From an uncultured bacterium (lineage in GTDB: Bacteria > Verrucomicrobiota > Kiritimatiellia > RFP12 > UBA1067): 64,000 nt of DNA. Under the pieces are notes generated by a model. It saw only the letters and a list, made by a program, of their open reading frames with translations, was not told where the DNA came from and made no database searches. The DNA lies in contig CADCAK010000003.1 of NCBI GenBank assembly GCA_902799385.1, positions 27,888-91,887 of the forward strand, written 5' to 3'. Below are positions 1 through 8,592 of the stretch, piece by piece. Position 1 is the stretch's first letter. Every line of letters begins with the position of its first letter. Position numbers and translations under genes: made by a program.

Positions 1-527
1 TCATCCGCACGGTCAAGGGCCGCACGATCATGGTACAGCACGATGTGACGAGCGCGAGGCCCTACAGCCGCATCAACCTCCTCTCCGGCACGATGGGCTG
101 CCTGAACGACTATCCGTTCCGCATCGCGCTCGCCGCCAAGCCGGGCGACGGCGCGCACGGCTGGATGGACGCCGAGCAGACCGCGAAGCTGCGCGAGGAA
201 TGCAAGCATCCGCTTTGGAAGGTTGCGGGTGCCCTTGCCCAGAAGATGGGCGGGCACGGCGGCATGGACTTCCTCATGGACCTCAGGCTGTGCTACTGCC
301 TGCAGAACGGGCTTCCCCTCGACATGGACGTCTACGACCTCGCGTCGTCGTGCGCCGTCTGCGAGCTTTCCGAGCGCTCCGCCCTTAACCGTGGCAATTC
401 CGTCGACGTGCCGGACTTCACGCGCGGCGGCTGGAAGACGGCGAAGCCCCTCGGCATCGAGTCCGTGGACCTCGGCAAGCTCGGCATCTTCGACGTCAAG
501 AAGGACGACGCGCAGCTGAATGTCTGA
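1..527 (+). CDS. Gfo/Idh/MocA-fold oxidoreductase / GH109-like enzyme, C-terminal part (5' end outside window)
   Basis: The frame is open from the window edge to TGA 525-527. The tail HGGMDFLMDLRLCYCLQNGLPLDMDVYD resembles the C-terminal domain of GH109-type NAD-dependent enzymes. Confidence 0.55.
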   Translation, partial: IRTVKGRTIMVQHDVTSARPYSRINLLSGTMGCLNDYPFRIALAAKPGDGAHGWMDAEQTAKLREECKHPLWKVAGALAQKMGGHGGMDFLMDLRLCYCLQNGLPLDMDVYDLASSCAVCELSERSALNRGNSVDVPDFTRGGWKTAKPLGIESVDLGKLGIFDVKKDDAQLNV

Positions 528-1029
528 CAGGCTCGCGAAGATACTCTCGCACGACTGCGGGCCGTTCGCGCAGTTCGTCAAGTACGGTGCCGTCGGCGTC
601 ATGGCCACCTGCGTCCAGATCGCCGTGTTCTACGTGCTTGCCGCCACATGCCTCAAGTGCCTCAAGCCGGACGACTGGGCGGTCGTCTGGCTGGGGCTTC
701 CGTCCGCTAAGTTCGACGGCAGCGAGGCGTGGTTCGCCTCGCGGTGGTTCCTCGCCGATGTCGCGACGTCCGTCGGCTTCGTCTTCGCGAACGTGTTCTG
801 CTGGCTAATGAACCGCGCGTTCGTTTTCAGGCCGGGGCGGTTCCGCTGGTACGTCGAGTTCGGCATGTTCTTCGGCGCGTCCGCAGGGGCGACGGCGCTG
901 GCCCTCCTTGTGCAGAGCGTCCTCATGAGCGTGTTCGGTATGATGACGTCACTCGCCTTCTTCATCGAGATCGTCGTCTCGTTTCTTGTGAACTTTTTTG
1001 CCCGCAAGTTCTTTATCTTCAGGGGATGA
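520..1029 (+). CDS. GtrA-family membrane protein
   Basis: 169 aa with four hydrophobic helices. NRAFVFRPG and the C-terminal FLVNFFARKFFIF are typical GtrA-like signatures. ATG 520 overlaps the upstream stop. Confidence 0.75.
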   Translation: MSDRLAKILSHDCGPFAQFVKYGAVGVMATCVQIAVFYVLAATCLKCLKPDDWAVVWLGLPSAKFDGSEAWFASRWFLADVATSVGFVFANVFCWLMNRAFVFRPGRFRWYVEFGMFFGASAGATALALLVQSVLMSVFGMMTSLAFFIEIVVSFLVNFFARKFFIFRG

Positions 1030-1031
1030 TG

Positions 1032-1040
1032 TGGTATAAT
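1032..1040 (+). promoter_or_regulatory. extended -10 promoter element TGGTATAAT
   Basis: Exact TGGTATAAT lies 13 nt upstream of the secretin ATG at 1054. The same 9-mer recurs upstream of other operon heads in this window. Confidence 0.5.
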
Positions 1041-1053
1041 CTACGTCCGTAAA

Positions 1054-2694
1054 ATGAAAAGTACCGTTCTTTCGCCGTTGCTTGCGCCGCTCGTTTTCGC
1101 TGCGGCCGCCGTGCGTTGTGCCGTGGCGGCGTCGGATAGCGCCTCCGGTGCGGTCGCCGCCGACCCCGAGGACCCCGTGGTCGCCGAGCTCGTCGCCTCG
1201 CCCGACGTTGACGAGGTTTCGCTCTCAAACGCCGTCGTCGTCGCGGCGGCAGCCGCCCGCGCCGCCGAGGAGGTGCGCGTCGCCGCAGCGGCCGAGGCGC
1301 GCGCAGAGGCCGTCCGCGAGAGGGCCGTCGCAGAGGCGAAGTCCGAGGCCATGCTCGCTCGCCGCCGCATATCGACGCGCACGTTCCGCCTCGCCCACGC
1401 CTCAGCCGAGGACGTCGCCGAGAAGCTCAACGCCACATGGTCCGGCGACTTCGGCGTGGTGTGGAAGATCAACCGCATGGCAATCGCGTTCCCCGAGGCG
1501 AACTACGTGATGGTGACGGCTCCCGAGCTCATACTTGATGCATGCGAGCGGGTGATCCGCGAGATTGACGTCGAGCCGAAGCAGGTCTACATAGAGGCGC
1601 GGTTCGTGGAGCTTTCCAACAACGTATTCCACGACATCGGCATCGACTGGTCGATGCTCGACGGCATGAAGGGCACCGTGTCGCTCGGCGGCGGCATACA
1701 GAAGAACCGGCTCGGCAAGGGCGTGCAGGACTACACGCGCACCCTGAAGGACGGCACTGCGTCGTATACGCTTTCGGGCTCGTCGCTTAACGGCGGCGCC
1801 GACGGCGACCTCTCCTATTTCAACGGAACCCTCGACTTCTCCCAGATGTACGTTGTCCTTTCCGCCCTTGAGGGCAGTCAGGACGCACGCATCTTCTCGA
1901 ACCCGAAGATCATCGTCTCTTCCGGGAAGAAGGCCACTGTCGACATGACGACGAAGTACCCGAACGTAAAGATCGCAGCGAAGCGCACGACGACCTCGGG
2001 CAGCGACTCGCTCGACCTCGACATGCAGATGTCCGCAATCCCCGGCGAGGACAAGTTCATGTTCGCGAAGGAGGCGTTCTTCAGCTGGGGCATATCGCTT
2101 GACGTGACGCCGAGGATCGGCACCAACGGCCTAATCAGCGTCTCAATCGTCCCGACTATCTCGTCGCAGAACGGGTGGGTCGAGTCGGGCACCGAGTCCG
2201 ACGCCGACAACGGCACGATTTCCGCCCGCTTCCCGGTCATCGAGGTCCAGCGCCTCGTCACCGAGTTCGCCATGGCGAGCGGCACGACGGCGGTGATCGG
2301 CGGGCTCTCCCGTACCGTCGAGGAGCAGGTGGACAACGGCATTCCGCTTCTCCGCGACATACCGTGGCTCGGGCCGCGCCTCTTCGGCTCGTCCGCCCGC
2401 AAGAAGCAGCAGAAGGAGATCATCGTGTTCGTCACCGTCGGGCTCGTCGATCCAAACAATGCCCACAAGGACGCCGGGCTTCCCAAGAACGCCGTCCTCG
2501 GCCGCCAGTACACGAAGGGCCAGAAGCTCGAGCCCGGCGACCGCCCCGAGAAGAACCTCGAGGGCATAGGCTCGCTCGACCTGCGCTCGCTTGAGGAGCA
2601 GGCGAAGGACCCGCTGCCGCCTCCGCGCCCCGATACGTCTTCATGGATTCCGTTCATCAAGGATCCCAACTACAAAAAGGAAAACACACAATGA
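1054..2694 (+). CDS. secretin (type II/III secretion / pilus secretin family) with Ala/Glu-rich N-terminal region
   Basis: A signal peptide is present. There is one secretin-N-like module ending in VYIEARFVELS. The C-terminal secretin core includes NPKIIVSSGKKATV and GIPLLRDIPWLGPLF-type motifs. Confidence 0.85.
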   Translation: MKSTVLSPLLAPLVFAAAAVRCAVAASDSASGAVAADPEDPVVAELVASPDVDEVSLSNAVVVAAAAARAAEEVRVAAAAEARAEAVRERAVAEAKSEAMLARRRISTRTFRLAHASAEDVAEKLNATWSGDFGVVWKINRMAIAFPEANYVMVTAPELILDACERVIREIDVEPKQVYIEARFVELSNNVFHDIGIDWSMLDGMKGTVSLGGGIQKNRLGKGVQDYTRTLKDGTASYTLSGSSLNGGADGDLSYFNGTLDFSQMYVVLSALEGSQDARIFSNPKIIVSSGKKATVDMTTKYPNVKIAAKRTTTSGSDSLDLDMQMSAIPGEDKFMFAKEAFFSWGISLDVTPRIGTNGLISVSIVPTISSQNGWVESGTESDADNGTISARFPVIEVQRLVTEFAMASGTTAVIGGLSRTVEEQVDNGIPLLRDIPWLGPRLFGSSARKKQQKEIIVFVTVGLVDPNNAHKDAGLPKNAVLGRQYTKGQKLEPGDRPEKNLEGIGSLDLRSLEEQAKDPLPPPRPDTSSWIPFIKDPNYKKENTQ

Positions 2695-3629
2695 AGAAAC
2701 TGATGCTCGCTGTCGCGGCGGTCGCCGCCGCATCCGCATTCGCCGACAGGATAGTCATGAAGTCCGGGTCGGTTCTCACTGGTTCCGGCGCGGTCGTCGC
2801 TGGCGACAAGGTGAAGTTCACGTCTGACGACCTCGGCGCGGTCGAGTTGCCGTCCGACAAGGTCGCTTTCGTCGAGACTGCCGGCGAGAAGCAGGTCGAA
2901 GTGGCCGCGCTCCCGCCCGAGGAGAAGCCGCCGGAGACATGGCACGGCTCGATCAACGTCGCCTTCGAGAGCGCCCGCGGCAACACGTACAAGAACAACG
3001 CGTCTATCATCGCCAACCTCAATCGCCGCTGGGACGACGACCGCGTGAACTTCGACTTCGGCTACTACTACAGCGAGACTGGTACCTCCAAGCACAACCG
3101 CGAGAAGTCTACCGACCGCTGGGAACTTGAGGGTCAGCACGACCACTTCTGGAGCAAGGCGTTCTACACCTACGAGAACGGCCGCTACGAGAAGGACGAC
3201 ATAGCCGGGCTAGACTTCCGCCTGAGGCTTGGCGGCGGTCTCGGCTACCAGTGGTTCGAGAAGTCCGATCTCTGGTCGATCGGCACGGTTAGCTTCAACC
3301 AGGAGCTCGGCGCCGCGTGGGTTCGCGTGGACTACGCCGACAAGGACCCTGACGCGGAGAAGAGCTATGCGACGCTTCGCTACGCGCACCACTTCAAGTA
3401 CTTCCCGAAGTGGAACCCCGAGGTCGAGGCCTTCCACAACCTCGAGTTCCTCCCGCAGGTCGACGACTTCGACAACCACCTCATCAAGGCAGATGTCGGC
3501 TTCACGACGAAGATCATCATGGACTTCGACCTCCTTGCGAAGATCGAGTGGGACTACAACTCCATGCCTTCCGTCGGCCGCAAGTCGAGCGACTTCCGCT
3601 ACATCGTCGGCCTCGGCTACAAGTGGTAA
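2691..3629 (+). CDS. DUF481-family outer-membrane beta-barrel protein
   Basis: ATG 2691 overlaps the secretin stop (ATGA). Signal peptide MKKLMLAVAAVAAASAFA is present. The repeated Y/W/F-rich beta pattern (NFDFGYYYSE, RLGGGLGYQW, VGLGYKW) resembles YdiY/DUF481. Confidence 0.7.
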   Translation: MKKLMLAVAAVAAASAFADRIVMKSGSVLTGSGAVVAGDKVKFTSDDLGAVELPSDKVAFVETAGEKQVEVAALPPEEKPPETWHGSINVAFESARGNTYKNNASIIANLNRRWDDDRVNFDFGYYYSETGTSKHNREKSTDRWELEGQHDHFWSKAFYTYENGRYEKDDIAGLDFRLRLGGGLGYQWFEKSDLWSIGTVSFNQELGAAWVRVDYADKDPDAEKSYATLRYAHHFKYFPKWNPEVEAFHNLEFLPQVDDFDNHLIKADVGFTTKIIMDFDLLAKIEWDYNSMPSVGRKSSDFRYIVGLGYKW

Positions 3630-3696
3630 TACGGGTGCTTGGTGCCTGGTGCTTTCGCGGCGTTGCCGCTTGTGCCAGGTGCCAGAATGACTTTAG

Positions 3697-5088
3697 ATGA
3701 GGATCGCGATTGCCTATCCGCCGCTGAAGAGCGAGAAGGGCGTCGCGCTCCTCACTCAGAACCGCCAATTCCAGTGGTTCTCCCGGCCGACTTACATCTT
3801 CCCCGTCGTCCCCGCGACGGCGGCGACGATGTTGAAGAAGGCCGGGCACGAGGTTCTCTTCCTCGATGGAATCGCCTCGGAGCTTTCGCCCGAGGCGTTT
3901 GACGCTCGGCTTTCGGAGTTCCGCCCCGACGTCGTCGTCCTTGAGACGAAGACGCCGGTCGTCAAGCGCCACTGGAAGTGGATAGAGGAACATTCGTCGG
4001 ACGTCAAGTTCGTTTTAGTCGGCGACCATGTCACGGCGCTTCCTGAGGAGTCGATCGAGAAGCCTGGCGTCTGGGCGGTGATTCCCGGCGGAGACTGGGA
4101 TTTCGGGCTTCTCGACTTTGTCGCCGTCGGCTGCCCCAAGGGCGTCCAGCCATTTGCCCTAAAGGACTCAATCGCCGACGCCCCCTGGATAGACCGCGAT
4201 CTGGTCCATTGGGAGCTTTACGCTGTGAAGAACGGCAACTTCCGCCGCACGCCCGGCACCTACATCATGTCGGGCCGCGATTGCTGGCATGGCAAGTGCA
4301 CCTTCTGCAGTTGGACCACGCTCTACCCTCGCTACCGCGTCCGCAAGGTAAGGGACGTCGTCGACGAAATCGAGTTTCTCGTCTCTAAGTACGGCGTAAA
4401 GGAGATCATGGACGACTCGGGTTCCTTCCCGGTCGGGCAGTGGCTCACTGACTTCTGCAACGAGATGATTTCGCGCGGGCTCAATAAGAAGGTTCGCATC
4501 GACTGCAACATGCGCTTCGGGCGGCTCACATCGGCCGACTACCGGCTCATGCGAAAGGCCGGTTTCCAGTTTGTTCTCTTCGGCGTCGAGTCCGCGAATC
4601 AGGAGACGCTCGACCGCTTCTGCAAGGCGCTAAAGGTAGAGGACGTCGAGAAGGGCGCGAAGTGGGCGACCGAGGCGGGGCTCGATGTCCATGTCACCTT
4701 TATGTTCGGACACGCCTGGGAAGGCCCGAAGGAAATAGCCAATACCGTTGCTCTCGCGCGGCGGCTTCTCGCGAAGGGCTGGGCGAAGACATTGCAGTGC
4801 ACGCTTACGATTCCCTATCCCGGCACGCCGCTTTTCAAGGAGCTCAAGGCCACGGGCGGGCTCGCTACGCTCGACTGGGACGAATACGACATGCGCCGCG
4901 CGATAACGAAGACACCGCTCGTCTCGGAGGACGAGATCAAGTGCGCGATCCGCAAGGTCTACCGCGGCTTCCTCCAGCCCGCCGCGCTCTGGCATCTCTT
5001 CCGCCGCAACCTTTTCAACTTCGCTTTCTACTATCGCGGCCTCCGCTATCTCATCGGACATCTTCTCGACTTCAAGGGGAGCAAATGA
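3697..5088 (+). CDS. B12-binding-domain radical SAM protein
   Basis: An N-terminal cobalamin-binding-like Rossmann segment is followed by the CWHGKCTFCSW radical-SAM cysteine cluster. Length is 463 aa. Confidence 0.8.
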   Translation: MRIAIAYPPLKSEKGVALLTQNRQFQWFSRPTYIFPVVPATAATMLKKAGHEVLFLDGIASELSPEAFDARLSEFRPDVVVLETKTPVVKRHWKWIEEHSSDVKFVLVGDHVTALPEESIEKPGVWAVIPGGDWDFGLLDFVAVGCPKGVQPFALKDSIADAPWIDRDLVHWELYAVKNGNFRRTPGTYIMSGRDCWHGKCTFCSWTTLYPRYRVRKVRDVVDEIEFLVSKYGVKEIMDDSGSFPVGQWLTDFCNEMISRGLNKKVRIDCNMRFGRLTSADYRLMRKAGFQFVLFGVESANQETLDRFCKALKVEDVEKGAKWATEAGLDVHVTFMFGHAWEGPKEIANTVALARRLLAKGWAKTLQCTLTIPYPGTPLFKELKATGGLATLDWDEYDMRRAITKTPLVSEDEIKCAIRKVYRGFLQPAALWHLFRRNLFNFAFYYRGLRYLIGHLLDFKGSK

Positions 5089-6122
5089 ACACTTCTACTT
5101 TCAAGGCAGTCATTCTGGCAGGCGGATCGGGCGAGCGGTTCTGGCCGCTTTCTACTCCGGAGCGTCCAAAGCAGTTCCTGCGCGTCTTTGGCGGCGCGAG
5201 CTTGATTCGTCAGGCGGTAACGCGCCTCGACGGCCTCGTCTCGCCAAAGGATGTCTTCGTCGTTACGGCGAAAAACCTCGTCGCGGCGACGCGGAAGGAG
5301 CTCCCCGAAATCCCCAAGTGCAACATCTTGGGCGAGCCGATGCGCCGCGACACTGGCGCCGCTGTCGCGCTCGGCGTTGGGCTTGCGGCGAGCGACGCTG
5401 ACCCTGTTATCGGCTTTTTCTCGAGCGACCAGATGGTGGCGAACCCCAAGGCATTTCGCAAGGTTGTCTCGAAAGCCGTTGCCATCGCCCGCCGCAAGCA
5501 GGTCATCGTCACTCTCGGCATCAAGCCGACCTACCCCGCGACTTGCTTCGGCTACATTTCGCCAAAGACGCGCACCTTCGTCGAGAAGCCCGATGCGAAG
5601 ACGGCGAAGAAATACGTCAAGGCCGGCTATCTCTGGAATGCCGGAATGTTCATCGCCCGTGCCTCGACCTTCCGCGGCGCATTTGCCGCGCACGCGCCGG
5701 AGCTCGAGTGCTTGACCCGATTCGAGACGGACGGGACGAACAGGACAGACGGGACCCGCTCACGCTCCAAGGCGATTGCAGGCGGCGGTCTGGCCAAGCT
5801 TTATTCCGCTCTTCCAAAGATCAGCTTCGACTATGCCGTGATGGAGAAGTCGAAGAACGTCGAGGTCGTTCCCGGTGACTTTGGCTGGGACGACGTCGGC
5901 AGTTTCGCCGCGTTTGACAAGTACTTCCCTCACGACTCGCGCGGCAACGTCCGCGAAGGGCCGTGCACGGTCGTTGAGGCAGACGGCAACATCTGCGTCG
6001 CACGCAGCGCGCGCATCTCGCTTCTCGGCGTTAAGAACCTCGTCGTCGTCACGACGCCCGATTCCGTCCTTGTCGCCGACAAGTCGCGTCTCACCGAGAT
6101 GAAGCGCCTCTTCAGCCGGTAG
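5085..6122 (+). CDS. mannose-1-phosphate guanylyltransferase-like sugar nucleotidyltransferase
   Basis: The internal ATG at 5085 overlaps the upstream stop (ATGA). The N-terminus KAVILAGGSGERFWPLSTPERPKQFL is the classic NTP-transferase motif. The upstream 141 codons of the track ORF are an Arg/Pro-rich artefact. Confidence 0.8.
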   Translation: MNTSTFKAVILAGGSGERFWPLSTPERPKQFLRVFGGASLIRQAVTRLDGLVSPKDVFVVTAKNLVAATRKELPEIPKCNILGEPMRRDTGAAVALGVGLAASDADPVIGFFSSDQMVANPKAFRKVVSKAVAIARRKQVIVTLGIKPTYPATCFGYISPKTRTFVEKPDAKTAKKYVKAGYLWNAGMFIARASTFRGAFAAHAPELECLTRFETDGTNRTDGTRSRSKAIAGGGLAKLYSALPKISFDYAVMEKSKNVEVVPGDFGWDDVGSFAAFDKYFPHDSRGNVREGPCTVVEADGNICVARSARISLLGVKNLVVVTTPDSVLVADKSRLTEMKRLFSR

Positions 6123-6138
6123 CGCCACGCCGCCACTA

Positions 6139-6168
6139 TTGATTTTGCGATTCAACTTATGCTATAAT
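6139..6168 (+). promoter_or_regulatory. sigma70-like promoter TTGATT-18-TATAAT
   Basis: TTGATT at 6139-6144 and TATAAT at 6163-6168 lie in the only sizeable intergenic gap upstream of the kinase/ESCRT-like gene run. Confidence 0.5.
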
Positions 6169-6591
6169 TTCACCGCTCCCTACGGGAGCGACTGATCTTT
6201 GACATTGATCCCCGTGAGGCTGGTTGCATTGCCTCGCGTGGGGATCTACGGCCTGAGATTCGAATGAATCAACGGCAAAACCTCATGGTGCGGCAGAGAG
6301 CAAATCTGACGCGCCGAGGAGTCGCGGAAACGCATCCGACGCCCGCGGCACGTACGCAACAGCGTATTGAAGCTTTGACGAAAACCGCTAATTTTCACGA
6401 TGAGGCTTGATACGGTGGTGCGTCCGTGTGGTAATCACGCGGCGTACTTTCCTATTCGTGTTTCATCAGGGCTCTTAGCGGTGCCTCGTCAAGACATGAG
6501 TTTTGAGGGTTCGCCGCTTTTCTTTTGCCTCTTCGGCGGCGGTCTCTCCTACATGACGAAGAGGCTCGAAACAGAGGGAGTGGTTGCCGGT

Positions 6592-8592
6592 ATGGGATTG
6601 TTTTCTGACAAGTGCGAGGCTATTGTCGATGTCGCGACCGGAAGGGCTCTTTCCGGCGAAGATCTGAAGACGGCCGAGAAATTGCTTTCGGCGGTTGATC
6701 ATGACGGACGCGTCGCCCGGCTTTCGGGCGCCTCGGTGGTCAATGTCCTCGCTGAAAAGGGATGGGGCTTCTGCGGCAACAAGGTGCCGAAAAGAGCCCA
6801 TGTGTGCTCGAAATGCGGCACCCGCGCACCGGGCGGATGGATCAAATGCCCCGAGTGCGACAACTGGGTCGGCAACGAGTCTCATTTCTGCCCTCACTGC
6901 AACCACCGCATGCACCCAGAGGAGCGGATCGACCTCGCCGGCGGTGTTTGGGATCGCGAGCCGGGGCTTTTCGCGCAGAGATTTGAATGCGGGGATCTTT
7001 CACACCTGTCGCGGAGCGGGCTGTATGTCCAGGAGGGCTCCCGCGCGATATTGATGGACGGCGGCCGCGAGGTCAAGACGCTCGGCCCCGGACGCCACAC
7101 GCCGGAAAGCCTCGCCAGAAGCGTCAACTGGTTCGGCAATCCTCCGCCTCGCTCCGTGGTGATGGTCGATTCCGGCGACAACATCCTGAGGCTCGACTTT
7201 GGGTCTGCTAAAGACGTCCAGCAGCCTGTTGACGAGGAGCAGTCTTCGCTGCGCTCTGCGGAGGAGAAGCCACTTCGCGTCGTCGCCGAGGCTACGCTCA
7301 GGTTCGATCCTTCCGGCGCGGATGATTTCCTTGCGAACCTCATGAAGGATTCGCGCAAGATACCGTTCGGTGATATTGCGCAATTGATGTATGAAGAGGC
7401 ACTGCCGGCTGTCAAGACGCTGTGTGCGCAGACGACAATCGAAGATCTCGTCAAAGACCCGGAACGGCGCGAGCGCTTCGAGGACGCTATCGATAAGGCG
7501 GTGCGTCCGCTTCTCAAGCGCAACGGCATAGAGCTCGTGCGCATCGGCGCGGTTGACGTCATATCCGCCGACTATGAAGATTTGCGCCGGAAGTACGGCG
7601 AATTCGACCGTAAGCGCAGGGATGTCGAGTTCGACAGGAAAATGCTCGACGTCCTGGCGCAGGAGGACGTCCAGAAGCGCGAGGACTTTGCCGCACGCGA
7701 CGAGAGGGCGCAGGAAAGCGAACGCGCGAGAAGGAAGCGCTGGCAGGAGACGCAGGAATACATTGCACAGCTTGCGGCGGACAAGCAGATTGGCGAGATA
7801 GAACGTGACAACGCCGTTGAAATCGCAAAAAGAGTCGCGAAAGGCGAACTCGACAGAAAAGACGCCGAACTTGAACGCGCTTTGCGCATAGAGCAGTATG
7901 CGCGCGGGCTCGAGGATCAGGCCCACACGCTCAAACTCGACCTGAACCTCAAGAACTACAACCGTGAACAGCTGCTTGCGGATGCCGCGAACAAGGCGAA
8001 ACTGGCGGAGATCGCGCGCGAGGAGCGCGTCAAGGAGGCGAAGACCGACACGCTCGTCATGGGCGAAAAGGTCGATGAAGCCAAGTACGAGGCCGAGATC
8101 AAGCGCATCAAGTCGGACGCCCAGAAATACGAGGACATGAACGACCTCGACGTTCTTGAGCGCAAGTTTAAGATCGACAATTCCAGTCTCGGAGAGAGGG
8201 CTAAAATCCTCGCCGGCAAGTCTCCTCTCGAAATGATGGCGCTTGCGAAGACGGATGCCGAACGTCAGGGCTATCTGACTCTCGCGCTCAACGCGCAGAA
8301 GGCCGAGGCCGAGAAAGATGTCATTGGCGTTAAGAAGGATATGTCCCCCGAGCAGCTTCTTGCGCTTGCCGCGCAGCAGAATCCGACCGCCGCGCAGGCA
8401 CTCGCGGCGATGGCCGCCGCAGGCAACAACGCCGCCGAGCGCGTGGTCAAGGAGCTGAAGGAACAGCTTGACAAGCGCGAGACGCATGACAATGCCCTCA
8501 TGGAGCAGGTCGTGAAGATCGTCACGGAATCCGTGAAGCATCAATCGACCGTCGTCCAGGCGCCTCCGGCTAACCAGGTGTTCCAGAAGTGA
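6592..8592 (+). CDS. double zinc-ribbon + SPFH (band 7)/flotillin-like protein with long coiled-coil tail
   Basis: CSKCG..CPECD..CPHCN Zn-ribbons are followed by an SPFH-like core (GLYVQEGSRAILMDGGREVKTLGPGRH) and about 330 aa of E/K/A-rich coiled coil with flotillin-like EA repeats. The start is uncertain. MGLFSDK at 6592 is preferred, with in-frame ATGs also at 6400, 6496 and 6553. Confidence 0.7.
   Translation: MGLFSDKCEAIVDVATGRALSGEDLKTAEKLLSAVDHDGRVARLSGASVVNVLAEKGWGFCGNKVPKRAHVCSKCGTRAPGGWIKCPECDNWVGNESHFCPHCNHRMHPEERIDLAGGVWDREPGLFAQRFECGDLSHLSRSGLYVQEGSRAILMDGGREVKTLGPGRHTPESLARSVNWFGNPPPRSVVMVDSGDNILRLDFGSAKDVQQPVDEEQSSLRSAEEKPLRVVAEATLRFDPSGADDFLANLMKDSRKIPFGDIAQLMYEEALPAVKTLCAQTTIEDLVKDPERRERFEDAIDKAVRPLLKRNGIELVRIGAVDVISADYEDLRRKYGEFDRKRRDVEFDRKMLDVLAQEDVQKREDFAARDERAQESERARRKRWQETQEYIAQLAADKQIGEIERDNAVEIAKRVAKGELDRKDAELERALRIEQYARGLEDQAHTLKLDLNLKNYNREQLLADAANKAKLAEIAREERVKEAKTDTLVMGEKVDEAKYEAEIKRIKSDAQKYEDMNDLDVLERKFKIDNSSLGERAKILAGKSPLEMMALAKTDAERQGYLTLALNAQKAEAEKDVIGVKKDMSPEQLLALAAQQNPTAAQALAAMAAAGNNAAERVVKELKEQLDKRETHDNALMEQVVKIVTESVKHQSTVVQAPPANQVFQK

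Noticed and set aside
1054-2694. Calling the secretin gspD or pilQ and inferring a complete T2SS or type IV pilus
   Set aside because: No partner genes are present in the window. Subfamily assignment from the sequence alone is not safe.
3630-3696. Cobalamin riboswitch upstream of the B12-radical SAM gene
   Set aside because: The gap is only 67 nt and lacks a B12-box-like GCCACTG element. It contains only a G-U-rich imperfect hairpin.
4662-5084. Long N-terminal extensions of track ORFs, seen in ManC-like (4662), Gfo/Idh/MocA (42124), ntpI (53722), UXS (45714), glnN (60388), HydG-like (51737), AAA (17411) and COG3014-like (30276).
   Set aside because: The extensions overlap the preceding genes, are Arg/Pro/Gly-rich, and lie upstream of internal starts. 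Those internal starts give canonical family N-termini and often ATGA/GTGA coupling or an AAGGA/GGAGG site.
6264-6410. 48-codon Arg-rich small ORF in the island leader as a real gene
   Set aside because: There is no convincing SD and the composition is typical of GC-rich non-coding frames. It overlaps the 6400 ATG of the next ORF. It is kept only as a possibility under the leader finding.
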